A stretch of 64,000 nucleotides of DNA from Tubulanus polymorphus (Eukaryota; Animalia; Nemertea): NCBI RefSeq assembly GCF_964204645.1, contig NC_134027.1, forward strand, positions 124,001 to 188,000. The letters are read 5' to 3'. Position 1 is the stretch's first letter; each line of letters opens with the position of its first letter. Position numbers and translations under genes: made by a program. The notes beneath the pieces are model-generated. The model searched no databases and had not been told where the DNA came from. It saw nothing but the letters and a program-made list of their open reading frames with translations. This document shows, in pieces, positions 62,546 to 64,000 of the stretch.

Positions 62546-62978
62546 TGTTGTCAAAATAACTCGAATTTTATCGAATTTTTGTCGAGTTTGCCTCCATCAT
62601 TGGTAAGTGTATATTCTTATCGATATCTCCCGGTTTATCGCTCATGTCACGAACGATCAGTGAATTTCTGATGTTTTCTGTCGCTGATTTCTTCTGATTT
62701 TGTGCAAATGAATCGGGTTACCATCAACAAATCAAATTCACGATTTTATTGTTGTCGTTGAGACAACCATATCATTTGCAAATTGAAATCCTCACCTAAG
62801 CCTGTTAGTTACAATATGGAGTGACACATGATCGTAAGGATAGGCTGTAACCGCAAGGCTGAGTTGCTAATAGAAATTGGCGATTATTTTCAAAATCAAA
62901 CAAAATTGGCGAAAAATTACATTTAAATCCTGGCCCGAATGTTTCTCACATTTATTTCAGGTGTTGATTCTAGTGGCG

Positions 62979-64000
62979 ATGGATGACCCGTTCCTGTGTT
63001 CATGTAAAGCCTGTACGCGATTCTGGAAAATCAATTTCGGCAAATATTCACCGGAACTATTACAGACATCACCGATATGCCGTACTGCTAATACCGCTAC
63101 ACTTCTCTGGCAGAAAGGATTAATCAAAGTTGGAGACCGTGTGAAAGTTGCAGGAAAATATCCAGGTATCAATTCGAAATAAAAATCTATGAATTAGATT
63201 TCATGACCAGTCTAAGCCCGTCTTATTTCTGATCATCTAAAAACACTTGAGACCATTTTTTTCAATTTCTGTCATGACTATTATTTGAGATACAGGGTGC
63301 AAATCAACAGTTGATGATTTTGAAATTTATTCTATGACATTATTTACTCAAACTTTATCATCATTTCATTTCTCTGTTGATGAAGTTGAGTCGAAACTTT
63401 GAGACTAAACCGTAAACTGTTTATTAAGTGTGAAATACCGAGATCAATTTTTCGTCATGCAGAAATAGAAGTAAAATATATAATTTTGTTTTGTTGTTTT
63501 AGGGTTAGTGAAATTTGTTGGAAGTTTAGATGAAAATCTAATGGCTCCAGAAGTTTATGTTGGAGTCTCATTGTATGATAACAGTAAGTAGGTTTAATCA
63601 CACGTGTGATCAGTTTGTTGTTAGATTGTTCTGAATAGAGTCACAGGACCCTATTCAGTTTTTAAAGAACAACTTTTAAGAAACTGTGTACCCTTTTTTT
63701 GCGTGAAATTGGATGGTTGTGTATTATGAATCATGACTTCAAATTAGCCTCTAAAATGCATCTGGCGGGCTTCATTTAAAAAAAATCTTCATGGTCCCTT
63801 GTTCTGGGATTATGGGTCCCTACTTCATTAGTTCTCAGCCCCAAAGTAGAATTTTGATTTAACTGAATGCGGATTTCAATGTTTGTTTGTTTGTAGTTGG
63901 TTCAACTCATAACGGTGTGTATGATGGTAAACGTTATTTTCACTGCGCTCGAGGTCACGGAGCGTTCGTTCCTTACTCTCATGTACGCCTGATTACTCCA
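62979..64000 (+). CDS. CAP-Gly domain-containing protein (5' part; runs off the window)
   Basis: Exons 62979-63165, 63503-63583, 63897->64000 (GT-AG, phase 1) join to IKVGDRVKVAGKYPGLVKFVGSLDENLMAPEVYVGVSLYDNIGSTHNGVYDGKRYFHCARGHGAFVPYSHV, a recognisable CAP-Gly fold. Confidence 0.88.

Overview
Eukaryotic (metazoan invertebrate-like) genomic DNA with spliceosomal introns, Pol III tRNA genes and abundant simple repeats. It is not prokaryotic and contains no CRISPR array. Bases 1-55 kb are a repeat-rich gene desert. They hold tRNA-Pro(TGG), tRNA-Gly(TCC) and two single-exon paralogous rhodopsin-class (FMRFamide-receptor-like/chemoreceptor-like) GPCR genes plus a third GPCR fragment. They also hold a full-length, ORF-intact CR1/L2-group (Crack-like) LINE inserted antisense into the last codons of GPCR copy 1, several MITEs, Penelope-type remnants with minimal hammerhead ribozyme motifs, and minisatellites. 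The right end holds a 6-coding-exon ZFP64-like zinc-finger gene (-) head-to-head with a CAP-Gly-domain gene (+, runs off the window). Most notable: (i) the GPCR paralogues are almost identical in TM/intracellular segments but strongly divergent in extracellular loops; (ii) the LINE replaced the C-tail of copy 1 while leaving the 7TM intact; (iii) a Penelope-like inverted-repeat element carries a hammerhead core; (iv) a 207-bp apparently perfect inverted duplication lies 35 kb apart; (v) there is a cluster of CTCF-like motifs. All calls were made by eye, with no database searches.
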